From positions 1,568,001 through 1,632,000 of the forward strand of contig OY970364.1 of assembly GCA_963718565.1 (NCBI GenBank): a stretch of 64,000 nucleotides of DNA, written 5' to 3'. Source of the DNA: an uncultured Verrucomicrobiae bacterium (GTDB taxonomy: Bacteria > Chlamydiota > Chlamydiia > Chlamydiales > Rhabdochlamydiaceae). Below are positions 1-10,568 of this stretch, piece after piece. Each line of letters begins with the position of its first letter. The stretch's first letter is position 1. The position numbers and the translations under genes are program-made. The notes under the pieces were generated by a model. That model saw only the letters and a list, made by a program, of their open reading frames with translations, had not been told where the DNA came from and ran no database searches.

Positions 1-157
1 TATTCCCATCGATATAGGCATGAGATTTGATAACGACGTGATCCTCAAGCGTCACCGCACCCTTGATCACTGCATAGGCTTCAACAGTGACATTGTTGCC
101 GATCTTCGCACCGGACTCGATAATTGCCGAAGGATGAATATTTGACTGTTGTGACAT
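1..157 (-). CDS. lpxA: UDP-N-acetylglucosamine O-acyltransferase, 5' part (runs off window)
   Basis: Manual translation from ATG at 157 gives [35 protein letters not shown]..., a hexapeptide-repeat N-terminus directly downstream of fabZ. Confidence 0.9.
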   Translation of the reverse strand, partial: MSQQSNIHPSAIIESGAKIGNNVTVEAYAVIKGAVTLEDHVVIKSHAYIDGN

Positions 158-207
158 GGATTATCCAATTCTTAAGTGATTATCTTCTGGTTTTTTGTTT
201 CCGGCAG

Positions 208-675
208 CTACAACTGTTCTTTATCGACCAATGCAAACCCGATTTCAGCTTCGACTGCCAGTTGCTCATTGACCATTGCCTTAGCCATAATCCTTCCACC
301 TTTATTGCTAAGATGCAACCCAGCGGCATGGAGAGTTAAGACATCGCCAGGGACAACAGGTTTTCTAAATTTAGCATTATTAATGTTGAGCAAGACTGCG
401 ATTTTCTCACAGTATCCCTTTTTATGAACGAGAATTCCTCCCGTCTGCGCCAAGGCTTCTAGAATAAGCACGCCAGGCATAATTGGTACATCTGGAAAAT
501 GACCCTGGAAAAATTGTTCGTTCACCGTGACATTTTTTTGCCCAATGATGACATTCTCCTCGAGGTTCAGATAAATGATCCGGTCAACGAGTAGAAAAGG
601 ATAGCGGTGAGGTAAAATTTTGGCAATTTCCTTCACATTTAAAAGGATCGGTTGACTGAAAACTGCGGTGCCCAT
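208..675 (-). CDS. fabZ: 3-hydroxyacyl-ACP dehydratase
   Basis: LPHRYPFLLVDR and FFQGHFP..PIMPGVLILEALAQ motifs. Confidence 0.97.
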   Translation of the reverse strand: MGTAVFSQPILLNVKEIAKILPHRYPFLLVDRIIYLNLEENVIIGQKNVTVNEQFFQGHFPDVPIMPGVLILEALAQTGGILVHKKGYCEKIAVLLNINNAKFRKPVVPGDVLTLHAAGLHLSNKGGRIMAKAMVNEQLAVEAEIGFALVDKEQL

Positions 676-1517
676 TACGAATTCTCCATTTTAATGTGAT
701 TAAACAACTCTTTAGCAAATGCATTATTGGAGGCGTGGCCAGAACGTATTGCGACCACATGAGCCAGAAATGGGGGCACTAGTGACAGATCGCCGATTAG
801 ATCTAAGATCTTATGCCGGACTATCTCATCAGAATAGCGCAAGCCATCTGGATTGACAACCGCATCTTTTTGAATGATGATCGCGTTGTCTAAACTTCCT
901 CCTTTGAAGAACCCTTTCTTTATCATGGGTTCGATTTCTTCATAAATAGAAAAAGTTCGGCACGACGCAATTTCATTTTTAAATCTTTCTTGGTCGAGAA
1001 CAAATGTATAAAACTGGGTTCCAACTGTCACAGAATGGGGATAATGTGACGTATAGCTAATGCGATATTCCTCAGAGGGAAGGGCAATTAAGTGGATGTC
1101 CTCTTTGGACCAGAATATCGGCGTTTTAAGCCGGAAAACTTTTTTTTCAGATTCCAATTCACAAATTCCTGCTTCTTCAATCATCGTGACAAAATGCAAG
1201 GAACTCCCATCGAAAATAGGAACTTCACAACCAGAAATTTCAATCAAAACATTGTCAAGGCTATAAGCGCACAGGGCGGCGAGCAGATGTTCAACAGTCT
1301 GAACAAAGTCCTGACCATTGCCAATGACTGTACATCGCGGCGTCCCTTGCACGAATTCAGAGCGGGCAGGGAGAATTGGACGGTGGGGAAGATCGGTGCG
1401 CTGAAAGACAATTCCCGTGTTTTCCCTTGCAGGACATAAACGTATGGAAATTTTTTCACCATTGAAAAGCCCAACTCCCATTGCAGAAACGCTCCGCTGC
1501 AATGTGCGTTGTCTCAT
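675..1517 (-). CDS. lpxC: UDP-3-O-acyl-GlcNAc deacetylase
   Basis: QRTL, TVEHLLAAL and HKILDLIGDL motifs; start placed at ATG 1517 (MRQRTL), ORF is open to 1586. Confidence 0.96.
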   Translation of the reverse strand: MRQRTLQRSVSAMGVGLFNGEKISIRLCPARENTGIVFQRTDLPHRPILPARSEFVQGTPRCTVIGNGQDFVQTVEHLLAALCAYSLDNVLIEISGCEVPIFDGSSLHFVTMIEEAGICELESEKKVFRLKTPIFWSKEDIHLIALPSEEYRISYTSHYPHSVTVGTQFYTFVLDQERFKNEIASCRTFSIYEEIEPMIKKGFFKGGSLDNAIIIQKDAVVNPDGLRYSDEIVRHKILDLIGDLSLVPPFLAHVVAIRSGHASNNAFAKELFNHIKMENS

Positions 1518-1870
1518 AGGCGATGGGGCGACCCGGCATGCTTTTAAAGCCGAAAGTTCACACGGGAATGACAATAGAGACCTCAAGGTTCTAATGGAAA
1601 GACATCTTTCCTCATGCTTAATCCTAAAGAAAATACCTAAAACCGAAGTTTTAATTCAAGACAAAAGGTAATGGAGCGATTCTCGCTGCATGCACTGCAG
1701 CGAGAATGTAAAATTATTGTTTACCACTTGGGTTTTTCCATATTATAAAGGAGTTAATTTATGTCAGACGATTACCAGAAAATCCTTTACAGCCAAAGTG
1801 GATCAAATTAACGATCTGTTTCCACAGATTGATCGTCGTCAGATTGAATCTGAGTTGCAAGACGCCTTAA

Positions 1871-3937
1871 CCTAAGTTCGCCCGAGAGAGCTGACCTAAG
1901 TCCCTCATAATCAACAACATTAAAATCAACCTTTGCTTTCGTAAGTCCCTTATTTTTAGTGCTTTGCTGTTTTTGCGAATTTGTAGTGACTGAAAATTTG
2001 TAAAATAATTATTTCATGTTTAAATAAATTCGATCCATCGGTAAGATCTGAGGGCATGTATATAAGAAAAACCCTCAAGACAGACCGTAAGAGCGGAAAA
2101 ACCTACTCTGCTTTTCACTTGGTTGAATCCGTGAGGACTGATAGAGGCCCGCGCCAACGCGCGCTTCTATACATGGGAGCCGAAATCAACCTCCCAGAAG
2201 AACAGCATGCACTTCTCGCTCAATGCATTGAAGATATTCTTACAAGTGCGCAATCGTTATTCGCTTATCCAGAAGAGATTCAAAAGCTAGCCCAATCTTA
2301 CACCTCGCAGATTGTGCGTCGTTTGTCCGACCCAGGAGACAACGCGGAACAACTAAAACAAGATCTACTACCTGAATTTGTCAATATCGACGTTCATTCA
2401 ATTGAACAGACTGAACCACGGTCTGTTGGTGCGGAACATCTCTTACTTCAGATGGGAAATCAACTCAAACTGCCGGAACAGCTGCAAAAACTAGGCCTTT
2501 CAAAAACAGATGCCGCAATTGCCTTGGGATCGATCGTTGCCAGGGCTGTACACCCAAGCAGCGAAAGGGAAGCTTATCGGTGGCTATGCACTAGCAGTGG
2601 TCTTGGCGAATTACTTGATTTCGACTTTACAAAAACTACTTTGCACAAGCTCTATAAAATCAGCGATACGTTGCTGTCTCATAAAGACGGGTTGGAAACA
2701 GCTTTAGAAACCATCGAACAGCAATTTCATGGATACAAAAGTACAATAGCTCTCTACGATTTAACCAATACGTATACAGAAGGGCGGGCTGAGGCAAATC
2801 CAAAAGCTGCCTATGGTCTTTCGAAAGAAAAACGAAATGATTGCCCTCTCATTACTATAGGGCTAGTCATGAATGAGCACGGATTTCTCATCAAAACCTC
2901 ATTACTTGCAGGAAATGCTTCAGAGCCCCAAACCCTACAAACAATGATCGCGAGCCTAAGTATTCACTCGTCTCTAATCAAGCCAACTATTGTATTGGAT
3001 GCAGGGATTGCTACCGAAGAGAATCTGACCTGGTTACGCAAGAATAGATATACGTATGTTGTCTCAGCAAGACAAGATCCTCCCGTTGTTGAATTTGAAG
3101 GACAATTAGTCTCAGTAGGTGATCAGCATGACCTAGTAAAAGCTGCCTTGATCAGTCAGGATGGTAATGAGGAAAATTGGCTCTATTGCGAATCTGAAGC
3201 AAAAGCAGCGGTCGCCTCAGGGATGAAGAAAAAATTTAGAAAACGATTTGAAGATGATCTACAAAAACTTGCGAATGGTCTTTCCAAACCTAAAGGGCGC
3301 AAGAAGCATAACAAAGTGCTTGAACGGGTAGGTCGGCTCAAGGAAAAGCATAAGAGAATTTCAGGATGCTATGAAGTCAATGCAATTCCTTCAGAAGATG
3401 GGCTCACCACAATTGCTGTGGAATGGAAGGTGATCGAAGAAAAAATGCAAGAAAAGCTCACTGGCTCCTATTTTCTGAGAACAAATCGAACCGATTTGGA
3501 AGCAAAAGAGTTATGGCAATTGTATAATGTTCTCAGAAGCGTTGAGGATGCGTTTCGATTTATGAAATCCTCATTAGGATTGCGTCCAGTCTATCACCAG
3601 AAGGAACATCGAGTGGACGGGCATTTATGGATCACCATACTTGCCTACCATCTAATCCAACACTGCAGGCACCAATTAATTCGAAAAGGGATAAACTATT
3701 TGTGGCAGACAATACGTAATATCATGATTACTCGAGTCCGAGTAACTGTGCGGGCCAAGACAACAGAAGGCAGGGTGCTCTACCACCGCAGCACTACAAA
3801 GGCAGAAGGCGAGCAAATAGAGATTTACAGGGCGCTGGGATTATCGTCTTCAATTCTCAGAGGTCATAAAACACTCGTTTAATTCAAGATGTAGTGACGA
3901 ATTTGCATAGCTCCTCTGGGAAAGCCGCGAACTTGGG
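1871..3937 (+). mobile_element. IS1634-family insertion sequence, apparently intact
   Basis: Ends CCTAAGTTCGC (1871) and GCGAACTTGGG (3937) are inverted repeats matching 10/11; TTAA on both flanks (1867-1870, 3938-3941); encloses the transposase ORF. Confidence 0.85.
2056..3882 (+). CDS. IS1634-family DDE transposase
   Basis: HLVESVR...GPRQR N-terminus, LYDLTNTY, GLSKEKRND, VLDAGI, VEDAFRFMKSSLGLRPVYHQ..RVDGH. Confidence 0.9.
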   Translation: MYIRKTLKTDRKSGKTYSAFHLVESVRTDRGPRQRALLYMGAEINLPEEQHALLAQCIEDILTSAQSLFAYPEEIQKLAQSYTSQIVRRLSDPGDNAEQLKQDLLPEFVNIDVHSIEQTEPRSVGAEHLLLQMGNQLKLPEQLQKLGLSKTDAAIALGSIVARAVHPSSEREAYRWLCTSSGLGELLDFDFTKTTLHKLYKISDTLLSHKDGLETALETIEQQFHGYKSTIALYDLTNTYTEGRAEANPKAAYGLSKEKRNDCPLITIGLVMNEHGFLIKTSLLAGNASEPQTLQTMIASLSIHSSLIKPTIVLDAGIATEENLTWLRKNRYTYVVSARQDPPVVEFEGQLVSVGDQHDLVKAALISQDGNEENWLYCESEAKAAVASGMKKKFRKRFEDDLQKLANGLSKPKGRKKHNKVLERVGRLKEKHKRISGCYEVNAIPSEDGLTTIAVEWKVIEEKMQEKLTGSYFLRTNRTDLEAKELWQLYNVLRSVEDAFRFMKSSLGLRPVYHQKEHRVDGHLWITILAYHLIQHCRHQLIRKGINYLWQTIRNIMITRVRVTVRAKTTEGRVLYHRSTTKAEGEQIEIYRALGLSSSILRGHKTLV

Positions 3938-5628
3938 TTAATAGAAAAGCACGGCGAAGCAATACTTGATAAACTCATTCTCCAATGATAAAGAAGAAAA
4001 ATGAGACAAATCCCGATGGCTCCTCCTTCTCCCCAAAAGGAAAACAAGGTAGGAAAATGAAAAGCTGTCAAAGGATAGTTTAAAACTCCCACGTGCTGTC
4101 CGCCAGCCTCTGCAGCTTCAAACGTTGCGAGAAGCTGGCCAAAGCAATCGATGACCGCTGTGACCCCAGAATTGCAAGCGCGAATCAGCGGAATGCCATT
4201 TTCCACGGCTCTTAAGCGTGCATGATAAAGATGCTGTTTATGTAGACTCGAATCGGGATAATAATTGTCATTGGTGACGTTGACAAATAGCTCGGCTCCT
4301 TTGGTACGTCCGTTGCGCATCACTTCAGAAAATGTTTCTTCATAGCAGATCGAGGGGCTGAAAAGAACTTTATCGCCAAAGATTTTTGTTCCTTCGCCGT
4401 GTGAAAAAAAGTCATAAATCCCGTAATTTTTGGTCAGAGGTTTCAAAAAATCAAACGGGAGATATTCAGCCAAAGGGAGTAAAATCTGTTTGTCATATCT
4501 CTGGAACAAAAGGCTATCCGGCTTGAAATAAAAGGCAGAATTGAAATTTTTGCCAAGAACTCGGTCCGAATGGTCTAAGCCAGCGACGACTTCAGCATGG
4601 TAAAGATTTGCAAGAGCCTGGCACCAAAAAAGATTGGAAACACACCAGATCTCTTGCCCTTGATAATAACGCTGCTGAGCAAAAGGGGCACGAAGTGGAG
4701 GCAGTTTTTTTTCAGATTCAGGCCCAAATGCTGCAATCCATACTTCTCTTGCTTTGCCATAAGGATAACCGCTCAAATCGGATGGCATTGGAACTGCGGC
4801 TTCCGGCAATACGATGAGGTCCCAATGCTCTTTTTGTTTTTCTTTAAGAAAATGAAGAATCTGTTTCCATTGTTCGAAAGGAACAATGAAATCTTTCATT
4901 CGATCGGAATGAGGAGTTTTTTCCGAAGGCAGAAGATCTGTTTGGATCAGGGCGACATCAAGAGTTCTTTTTTCAGCGCGGCTTGCATCTTGATATAAGT
5001 TGAGTTGTGCGATGCCGAAAAGATAAGGAATGCTGGAAAAAATCAGCCAATAGACTGTTTGCTTACCCCTGATCCTGGACCGCAAAGCATTTAAGCCAAT
5101 GAGGTTGGTGAGCATCACCCAAAATGACAATCCTAAGACACCAAACAGGCTCGCAAATTGAAGCGAAGAGATAAACGAAGTCAATGCCAGTCCAATCGGA
5201 TTCCAAGAAAGTCCACACAGGATTAACAAACGCATCCATTCCATTAAAGTCCACAGGGAAGTACAGAATAAAATGTTTCGCATCGATAATTTTTCTTCGT
5301 TGAGAACGCACACAGTCAATAGGCCGAATTGACAACCTAGCCAAAGTGAAATCAGAGAATAAATGAACAGAATGTAATACCCTTGAAACTCAATAGAGGT
5401 CATCCAGGAAAGCTGGATCAGTTGAACCGTTGTGAACCAGATGCATCCTGCCATGAATTTTTTCGGACGAGAGACTAAACGAGAAATGCAAGTGAAAAAC
5501 AACGCATAGCCAACGACAGCAGCTACAGGCCCAAGCCAGCCTAGCCGCGCAGGCTGGCCTAAACCGACGATGCAAAGGCTTAAAAGAAAAAAAATGGGAC
5601 TCTTAATTCTCTTAATCCTCTTGAACAT
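3850..5628 (-). CDS. lnt: Apolipoprotein N-acyltransferase; C-terminal tail now read from IS1634 DNA
   Basis: Multi-TM N-terminus; nitrilase-fold motifs LPEAA, YDKQILLPLAEY, ICYEE, RAVENG; next to lpxC as in Chlamydia (cutE). Confidence 0.92.
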   Translation of the reverse strand: MFKRIKRIKSPIFFLLSLCIVGLGQPARLGWLGPVAAVVGYALFFTCISRLVSRPKKFMAGCIWFTTVQLIQLSWMTSIEFQGYYILFIYSLISLWLGCQFGLLTVCVLNEEKLSMRNILFCTSLWTLMEWMRLLILCGLSWNPIGLALTSFISSLQFASLFGVLGLSFWVMLTNLIGLNALRSRIRGKQTVYWLIFSSIPYLFGIAQLNLYQDASRAEKRTLDVALIQTDLLPSEKTPHSDRMKDFIVPFEQWKQILHFLKEKQKEHWDLIVLPEAAVPMPSDLSGYPYGKAREVWIAAFGPESEKKLPPLRAPFAQQRYYQGQEIWCVSNLFWCQALANLYHAEVVAGLDHSDRVLGKNFNSAFYFKPDSLLFQRYDKQILLPLAEYLPFDFLKPLTKNYGIYDFFSHGEGTKIFGDKVLFSPSICYEETFSEVMRNGRTKGAELFVNVTNDNYYPDSSLHKQHLYHARLRAVENGIPLIRACNSGVTAVIDCFGQLLATFEAAEAGGQHVGVLNYPLTAFHFPTLFSFWGEGGAIGICLIFLLYHWRMSLSSIASPCFSINPSSRLSQRSYANSSLHLELNECFMTSEN

Positions 5629-6082
5629 CGCTTTTTTCAGTTTTGCGGCCTTTGCCCAAAGCTAAAACAACAAGGAGACCGCCCAGGATGCTCACATTCT
5701 TCATGAAATGGATCATCTGCATTTCCCTGTCGACTCCCTGAAGCTCCCAAAAGTGATGAAAGGTCATCGTCGTCGGAATCAAAAAAAGGATCAGGAGGAA
5801 AGCGCCAAATCGAACCCAGAGGCTTAGAAAGACCAAGAGACCTCCAACGATTTCGAAAACTACAGCGATGACAAGCAGGAGGAAAGCGTTCGCCAGCCCA
5901 AATTCAATCGCATTTTGGAGAGTGGGATTTCCTACGCTAACGGCTAGCCAGCTTGTCAATGCTTGCGTGAAGCACTGCTCTGTACTTTGCCAAATCAAAA
6001 TTTTATTCACTCCAGAAGCGATAAAAATAATACTGAGCAGTGCACGGCCTAAAAAGGCGATTAGAGATTGGATGAAGTTCAT
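5612..6082 (-). CDS. DoxX-family membrane protein
   Basis: LGRALLSIIFIASG..KI, EIVGGLL, FHHFW, FMKNVSILGGLL. Confidence 0.85.
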   Translation of the reverse strand: MNFIQSLIAFLGRALLSIIFIASGVNKILIWQSTEQCFTQALTSWLAVSVGNPTLQNAIEFGLANAFLLLVIAVVFEIVGGLLVFLSLWVRFGAFLLILFLIPTTMTFHHFWELQGVDREMQMIHFMKNVSILGGLLVVLALGKGRKTEKSDVQED

Positions 6083-6217
6083 AAGAGATTCCTTATCTGG
6101 GTCACAATTTTTTTTGAAGCATGAATTTTAAACAACTTTCATCTATATTGAAACAAATTACCACAACAACATTTCTCAATTAACAAGTTTTTATGGATAG
6201 GCTCTAAAAACAGCAAT

Positions 6218-7351
6218 ATGCGCAGACCTTTTCGCGAACATCATCTATTGCAAATCTTTAGCTCTTTTGAAAAGCAATCGCTTCCCCTCGATGTTTTTTT
6301 ACGCCACTATTTTCGCGCCCATACTGCTGTCGGCTCCAAGGATAGAAAAGAGATCTGTGAAACAATTTATGGAATCATCCGCTGGAGAGGCCTCCTCGAT
6401 CACATCTCCGAAAAACCGCTTTCTTGGGAAAACCGTTTCCGCGCTTTTATCAAGTTTTCCCCAAATGATGATTGCGATCCCGCTCTTCCTGCCCACATTC
6501 GCGTCAGTTTTTCTAAATCCTTGTACCAACTCCTATCCGACAGCCTTGGAGAGGAAAAAGCTTTCCAATTTTGTCTTTCCTGTAACGAGCCTGCTCCCAC
6601 CACAATTCGCGTTAACCTGTTAAAGACCACCAGAAATGCGCTCCTTGAAAGTTGGCAAAACCGCTATCCAGTGTCGCCCTGCCGACACTCGCCAGTCGGC
6701 ATTCGCTTTGAAGAGAAAATCAATTTCTTCGGGATGGAAGAGTTCAAAAAAGGTTATTTTGAAATCCAGGATGAAGCAAGTCAGCTGATTGCAGAGCTGA
6801 TCGCCATTGAGCCTGGAATGCGCTTTTTGGACTATTGCGCTGGATCAGGAGGAAAATCCCTAGCTGTTGCACCTCGACTGAGTGGACGCGGTCAACTTTT
6901 CCTACACGATGTCCGCCCTCAGGTGCTTCTCGAAGCCAAAAAACGACTCAAAAGGGCAGGCATCCAAAATGCTCAGCTTCTTCCTGCTGATTCTCCCAAT
7001 AAGCGGCTGTTAACATTGAAAATGGACTGGGTGCTTGTCGACGCACCTTGCAGCGGCACTGGCACACTGCGTCGCAATCCTGATATGAAATGGAAATTTG
7101 ACAATCAAACTGTGCAAAGGATCGTTCAAGAACAAAGACAGATCTTCGAAGAAGCGCTTACTTACCTTAAACCTAATGGGCATATCGTTTATGCGACTTG
7201 CAGCGTCCTTCCCCAAGAAAATCAGTATCAAGCTGCTTATTTTCTCGAACGGCATCCTCTGGAACAGGTTGGTGAAGTTTTTTGTTCTTTTCCAACAACT
7301 GGCGAAATGGATGGCTTCTTCGGCATTGTCTTTAAAAAAAAGAAGGAGTAA
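6218..7351 (+). CDS. RsmB/NOL1/NOP2 (Sun/Fmu) RNA m5C methyltransferase
   Basis: QDEASQL, DYCAGSGGKS, VLVDAPCSGTGTLRRNPD, YATCS motifs. Confidence 0.92.
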   Translation: MRRPFREHHLLQIFSSFEKQSLPLDVFLRHYFRAHTAVGSKDRKEICETIYGIIRWRGLLDHISEKPLSWENRFRAFIKFSPNDDCDPALPAHIRVSFSKSLYQLLSDSLGEEKAFQFCLSCNEPAPTTIRVNLLKTTRNALLESWQNRYPVSPCRHSPVGIRFEEKINFFGMEEFKKGYFEIQDEASQLIAELIAIEPGMRFLDYCAGSGGKSLAVAPRLSGRGQLFLHDVRPQVLLEAKKRLKRAGIQNAQLLPADSPNKRLLTLKMDWVLVDAPCSGTGTLRRNPDMKWKFDNQTVQRIVQEQRQIFEEALTYLKPNGHIVYATCSVLPQENQYQAAYFLERHPLEQVGEVFCSFPTTGEMDGFFGIVFKKKKE

Positions 7352-7361
7352 ATTTTGCTCT

Positions 7362-8411
7362 ATGAAAATCTATTTATTGTTAATTGCATCCACTTGCTTA
7401 AGCTCTCTGATCAGCGAAGAAATCGCTCCCCCTCTTATTCCAACAATGGAGGAGCCACAAGAATTGGTGATCTACAACCGCATCTTGGCCAAAGTCAATG
7501 GCAAGACGATTTCTGTGATCGATGTGATGAAAAAAATGGACCTTTTTTTGCAAAAATATTACCCGCAATTCGCCAGCTCTAAGTTGCCCCGTTATCAGTT
7601 CTACTCTTCCCAATGGAGAGAATATCTTAGGCAAATGATCGATCAGGAACTCATGATCGCCGATGCTGAAAAATTAGAAGTCAAAGTGACTGACGCGGAG
7701 GTTCGAGAAGAACTACTGACGCGCTTTGGGCCGAATATCATGACAGCTTTAGATCATATCGGATTGACTTATGATGAAGCGCGCAAGATGATCCATGACG
7801 AAATGCTTGTGCAGAGAATGGTTTGGTTCCGAGTCAATTCAAAAGCCTTGAATAAGATTAACTCTTCCCATGTCAAAGAGGCCTACAAACAGTTTTGTGA
7901 AAAGAATCCTGAACTTGAAGAGTGGCAATACCAGGTGCTCTCTATTCGCTCCTCAAATAAAGAGGCTAGCGCAGCATTGGCAACACGTGCTTTTGAGCTT
8001 TTGCAATCTCAGTTAGACTTAAGCAAAGTTGCGAACGAATTACAAACAGCTGAAGAATCGATTTCTGTCACTCTTTCTCCTGAAGTGCAAGCCGATGAGA
8101 AAAGTATTTCCTCATCTCATCAAGAAGTTCTCAAAACTCTTTCTGACAACTCTTTCAGTGCGCCCATAGCCCAAGTCAGCCGCGTTGATCACTCCGTGGT
8201 CTATCGCATTTTCTACTTAAAAAACCACACCAAAAAAATCATTCCTCCTTTTGAAAAAATGGCCGATCAATTGAAAGACGAGCTTCTCCAAGAAGCAGCT
8301 AACAAAGAAAACTCTCAATATATCTCCAAACTGCGCGATCGCTTAGGCTATGACGAAAAACAGATGACCGAAACGCTGCCTAAAGATTTCCAACCCTTTG
8401 CGATTCGATGA
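7362..8411 (+). CDS. SurA N-terminal-domain periplasmic chaperone-like protein
   Basis: Signal peptide from ATG 7362; NRILAKVNGKTIS and LRQMIDQELMIADAEKLEVKVTDAEV resemble SurA_N; upstream of rsmA. Confidence 0.7.
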   Translation: MKIYLLLIASTCLSSLISEEIAPPLIPTMEEPQELVIYNRILAKVNGKTISVIDVMKKMDLFLQKYYPQFASSKLPRYQFYSSQWREYLRQMIDQELMIADAEKLEVKVTDAEVREELLTRFGPNIMTALDHIGLTYDEARKMIHDEMLVQRMVWFRVNSKALNKINSSHVKEAYKQFCEKNPELEEWQYQVLSIRSSNKEASAALATRAFELLQSQLDLSKVANELQTAEESISVTLSPEVQADEKSISSSHQEVLKTLSDNSFSAPIAQVSRVDHSVVYRIFYLKNHTKKIIPPFEKMADQLKDELLQEAANKENSQYISKLRDRLGYDEKQMTETLPKDFQPFAIR

Positions 8412-9247
8412 AGCTCTTCAAGCCCTCTGAACTTCAGGCTTTCCTTAAGGAACGAGGGGTGCATGCCAAAAAGGGCCTTTCGCAAAATTTTCTGATCGAT
8501 GGAAACATTATTCAAAAAATTATCGATATGGCTTCAGTTTCCAAAGAAGATCTCGTCATTGAAATCGGGTCTGGACCCGGTGCGTTGACTGAAGCACTTC
8601 TAGAAAAAGGAGCCTTTGTGACTGCCATCGAGATGGACGCCCTTTTTGCAAAAGAACTGCAGCGACTACAAACCCCAGATCACCGCCTCAATATTATCTG
8701 CAGCGATGTCTTGAAATTTCCTCTCGACAATTTTTTACAAAAACATCCAGAAAAAACATATAAAGTCGTCGCTAATCTTCCTTACCATATCACCACTCCC
8801 ATTCTCATTCTTTTGCTGCCTCTTTATCCATCCATCGAGTCGCTTACGATCATGGTTCAAAAGGAATTTGCGGATCGCATGATCGCTGAAAAAAGAACGC
8901 CGGAATACAGTAGCTTCACACTTTTTCTTCAATTTTATGCCAGTATAGATAAAAGTTTTACGGTAAGCCCCCATTGCTTTTATCCGAAACCTAAGGTGTA
9001 CTCTTCTGTCGTCCACTGCACACTTCATCCTCCTCTACTCAAGACCAATTCCGATGCGTTCTTTTTACTGACGAGAACGGCCTTTGGGAAGAGAAGAAAA
9101 ATGCTGCGCACATCCTTGAAAGATCTTTATGCAGCTGAAGAATTGGAACAAGCCCTAGCACACTTAGGGCATCCCCATACTGCAAGGCCTGAAGAGCTTA
9201 CTATCGATGAATTCATTGCTCTCTTCCATCTATTAAACGCTTCTTAA
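8408..9247 (+). CDS. rsmA: 16S rRNA dimethyladenosine transferase
   Basis: KKGLSQNFL, EIGSGPGALT, VVANLPYHITTP, MVQKEFA. Confidence 0.96.
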   Translation: MKLFKPSELQAFLKERGVHAKKGLSQNFLIDGNIIQKIIDMASVSKEDLVIEIGSGPGALTEALLEKGAFVTAIEMDALFAKELQRLQTPDHRLNIICSDVLKFPLDNFLQKHPEKTYKVVANLPYHITTPILILLLPLYPSIESLTIMVQKEFADRMIAEKRTPEYSSFTLFLQFYASIDKSFTVSPHCFYPKPKVYSSVVHCTLHPPLLKTNSDAFFLLTRTAFGKRRKMLRTSLKDLYAAEELEQALAHLGHPHTARPEELTIDEFIALFHLLNAS

Positions 9248-9263
9248 CGGAGGGAATTGCAAA

Positions 9264-10568
9264 TTAATCGCATGTGCCCTTAGACCGGTGAGAATAGTAA
9301 AAAGTGCTGGTAAGAATGAGTATGCCGCCTACTGCCATGCACAGGGCCACATGGTCCCAAATTCCCTGTTTCACTTTTTTCCAAACCAGGAGAACCTGAT
9401 GGCGTAGCGTGGGTTCTACTGCTCTTACTGCAAATAGCGGAGCAGAGGAGAGTAATTGATTTTCGGATGAGAAGATCTGCATCTCGGCAACCTTTTGGCC
9501 TGCTAGAATAGGTAGTGGGGGGACTTGCCATGAAACAGCGGTTCTAAACAAGGGCTCTTCAGAGGGAAAATACTCCAGGACAATCTCTTGAGAAAGATAA
9601 GCTTGCAACAGAGTGTTGCCCCCTTCCAGCGCGTGATTAAAAAGATCAAATCCCTTTGAAAACAAAGTGCGCGATACTTTTTTTTCATGGAACCCTGCTT
9701 CAAACAAAGCGATGGCATCTTTGTACCTCTGCTCAATTTTTTCGCACCCCAAAAACACAGCGATGAGCTTTCGCTGGGGATCTTCTGCCGCTGCGACCAT
9801 CGTATAGCCGCCGCTGAGTGTATAACCTGTTTTAATTCCAATCGCCTTAGGATAGTAAAAACGCCCTGGTTTGATTAAAGCGTTATGCTGGTAAAGAATG
9901 GATTCAGGCTGCTTATTAGTTGGGAGACGGGGAAATTGGGTGGATTTGACAACTTCTCGAAAAAAGGGGTTTTTCATTGCTTCGCGCGCTAAAATAGCTA
10001 AATCATAGGCTGTTGTCTTATGTTCTGGGCAAGGGAGTCCATGCGGAGTGTGCAAAATAGTATCCAAACATCCCTTTTCATGCACAAATCTATTCAACTC
10101 CTCCATAAAATGGGTAACACTTCCAGAGACGTACTCTGCAATCACATTTGCGGCATCATTGCCCGATGCCAGCATCAGGCCGTAGAACAATGTCCGCAAG
10201 GGAAGGGTTTCTCCGGCCTTGATGCCCATATGCGTCCCTCCAAATTCCAGCCTATAAGGAAGATGTCCGCCATTGCCTGCTCTTCTGACATTAGGATGTA
10301 CGGTGGCCACAGCATCATACGAGGCAGTGACGAGCTCATCTAAGACATGCCCTTTTTTTTCAAGAGCATACAAAGCAGTGATGATTTTGGTCGTGCTAGC
10401 AGGATAAAAAGACGCCCTCGCATTTTTTTCCCAGAGGACCGCTCCCGTTTCAGCATTCATTAAAATAGCCCCTTTGGCTGAGACTTCAACCTTTAGGGGG
10501 GAGGAGGCGTGCAGGGGCAAAAAGAGGAACAAATAGAGAAAGAGGAGAATGCGAGGCTCGATTTTCAT
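9264..10568 (-). CDS. D-alanyl-D-alanine carboxypeptidase (peptidase S11)
   Basis: PASTTK (SxxK), SGN (SxN), KTG motifs; signal peptide from ATG 10568; C-terminal TM helix. Confidence 0.92.
   Translation of the reverse strand: MKIEPRILLFLYLFLFLPLHASSPLKVEVSAKGAILMNAETGAVLWEKNARASFYPASTTKIITALYALEKKGHVLDELVTASYDAVATVHPNVRRAGNGGHLPYRLEFGGTHMGIKAGETLPLRTLFYGLMLASGNDAANVIAEYVSGSVTHFMEELNRFVHEKGCLDTILHTPHGLPCPEHKTTAYDLAILAREAMKNPFFREVVKSTQFPRLPTNKQPESILYQHNALIKPGRFYYPKAIGIKTGYTLSGGYTMVAAAEDPQRKLIAVFLGCEKIEQRYKDAIALFEAGFHEKKVSRTLFSKGFDLFNHALEGGNTLLQAYLSQEIVLEYFPSEEPLFRTAVSWQVPPLPILAGQKVAEMQIFSSENQLLSSAPLFAVRAVEPTLRHQVLLVWKKVKQGIWDHVALCMAVGGILILTSTFYYSHRSKGTCD

Noticed and set aside
7098..7361. Long N-terminal extension of the SurA-like ORF
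   Set aside because: Overlaps the RsmB-family gene; the signal peptide and AAGGAG RBS point to ATG 7362
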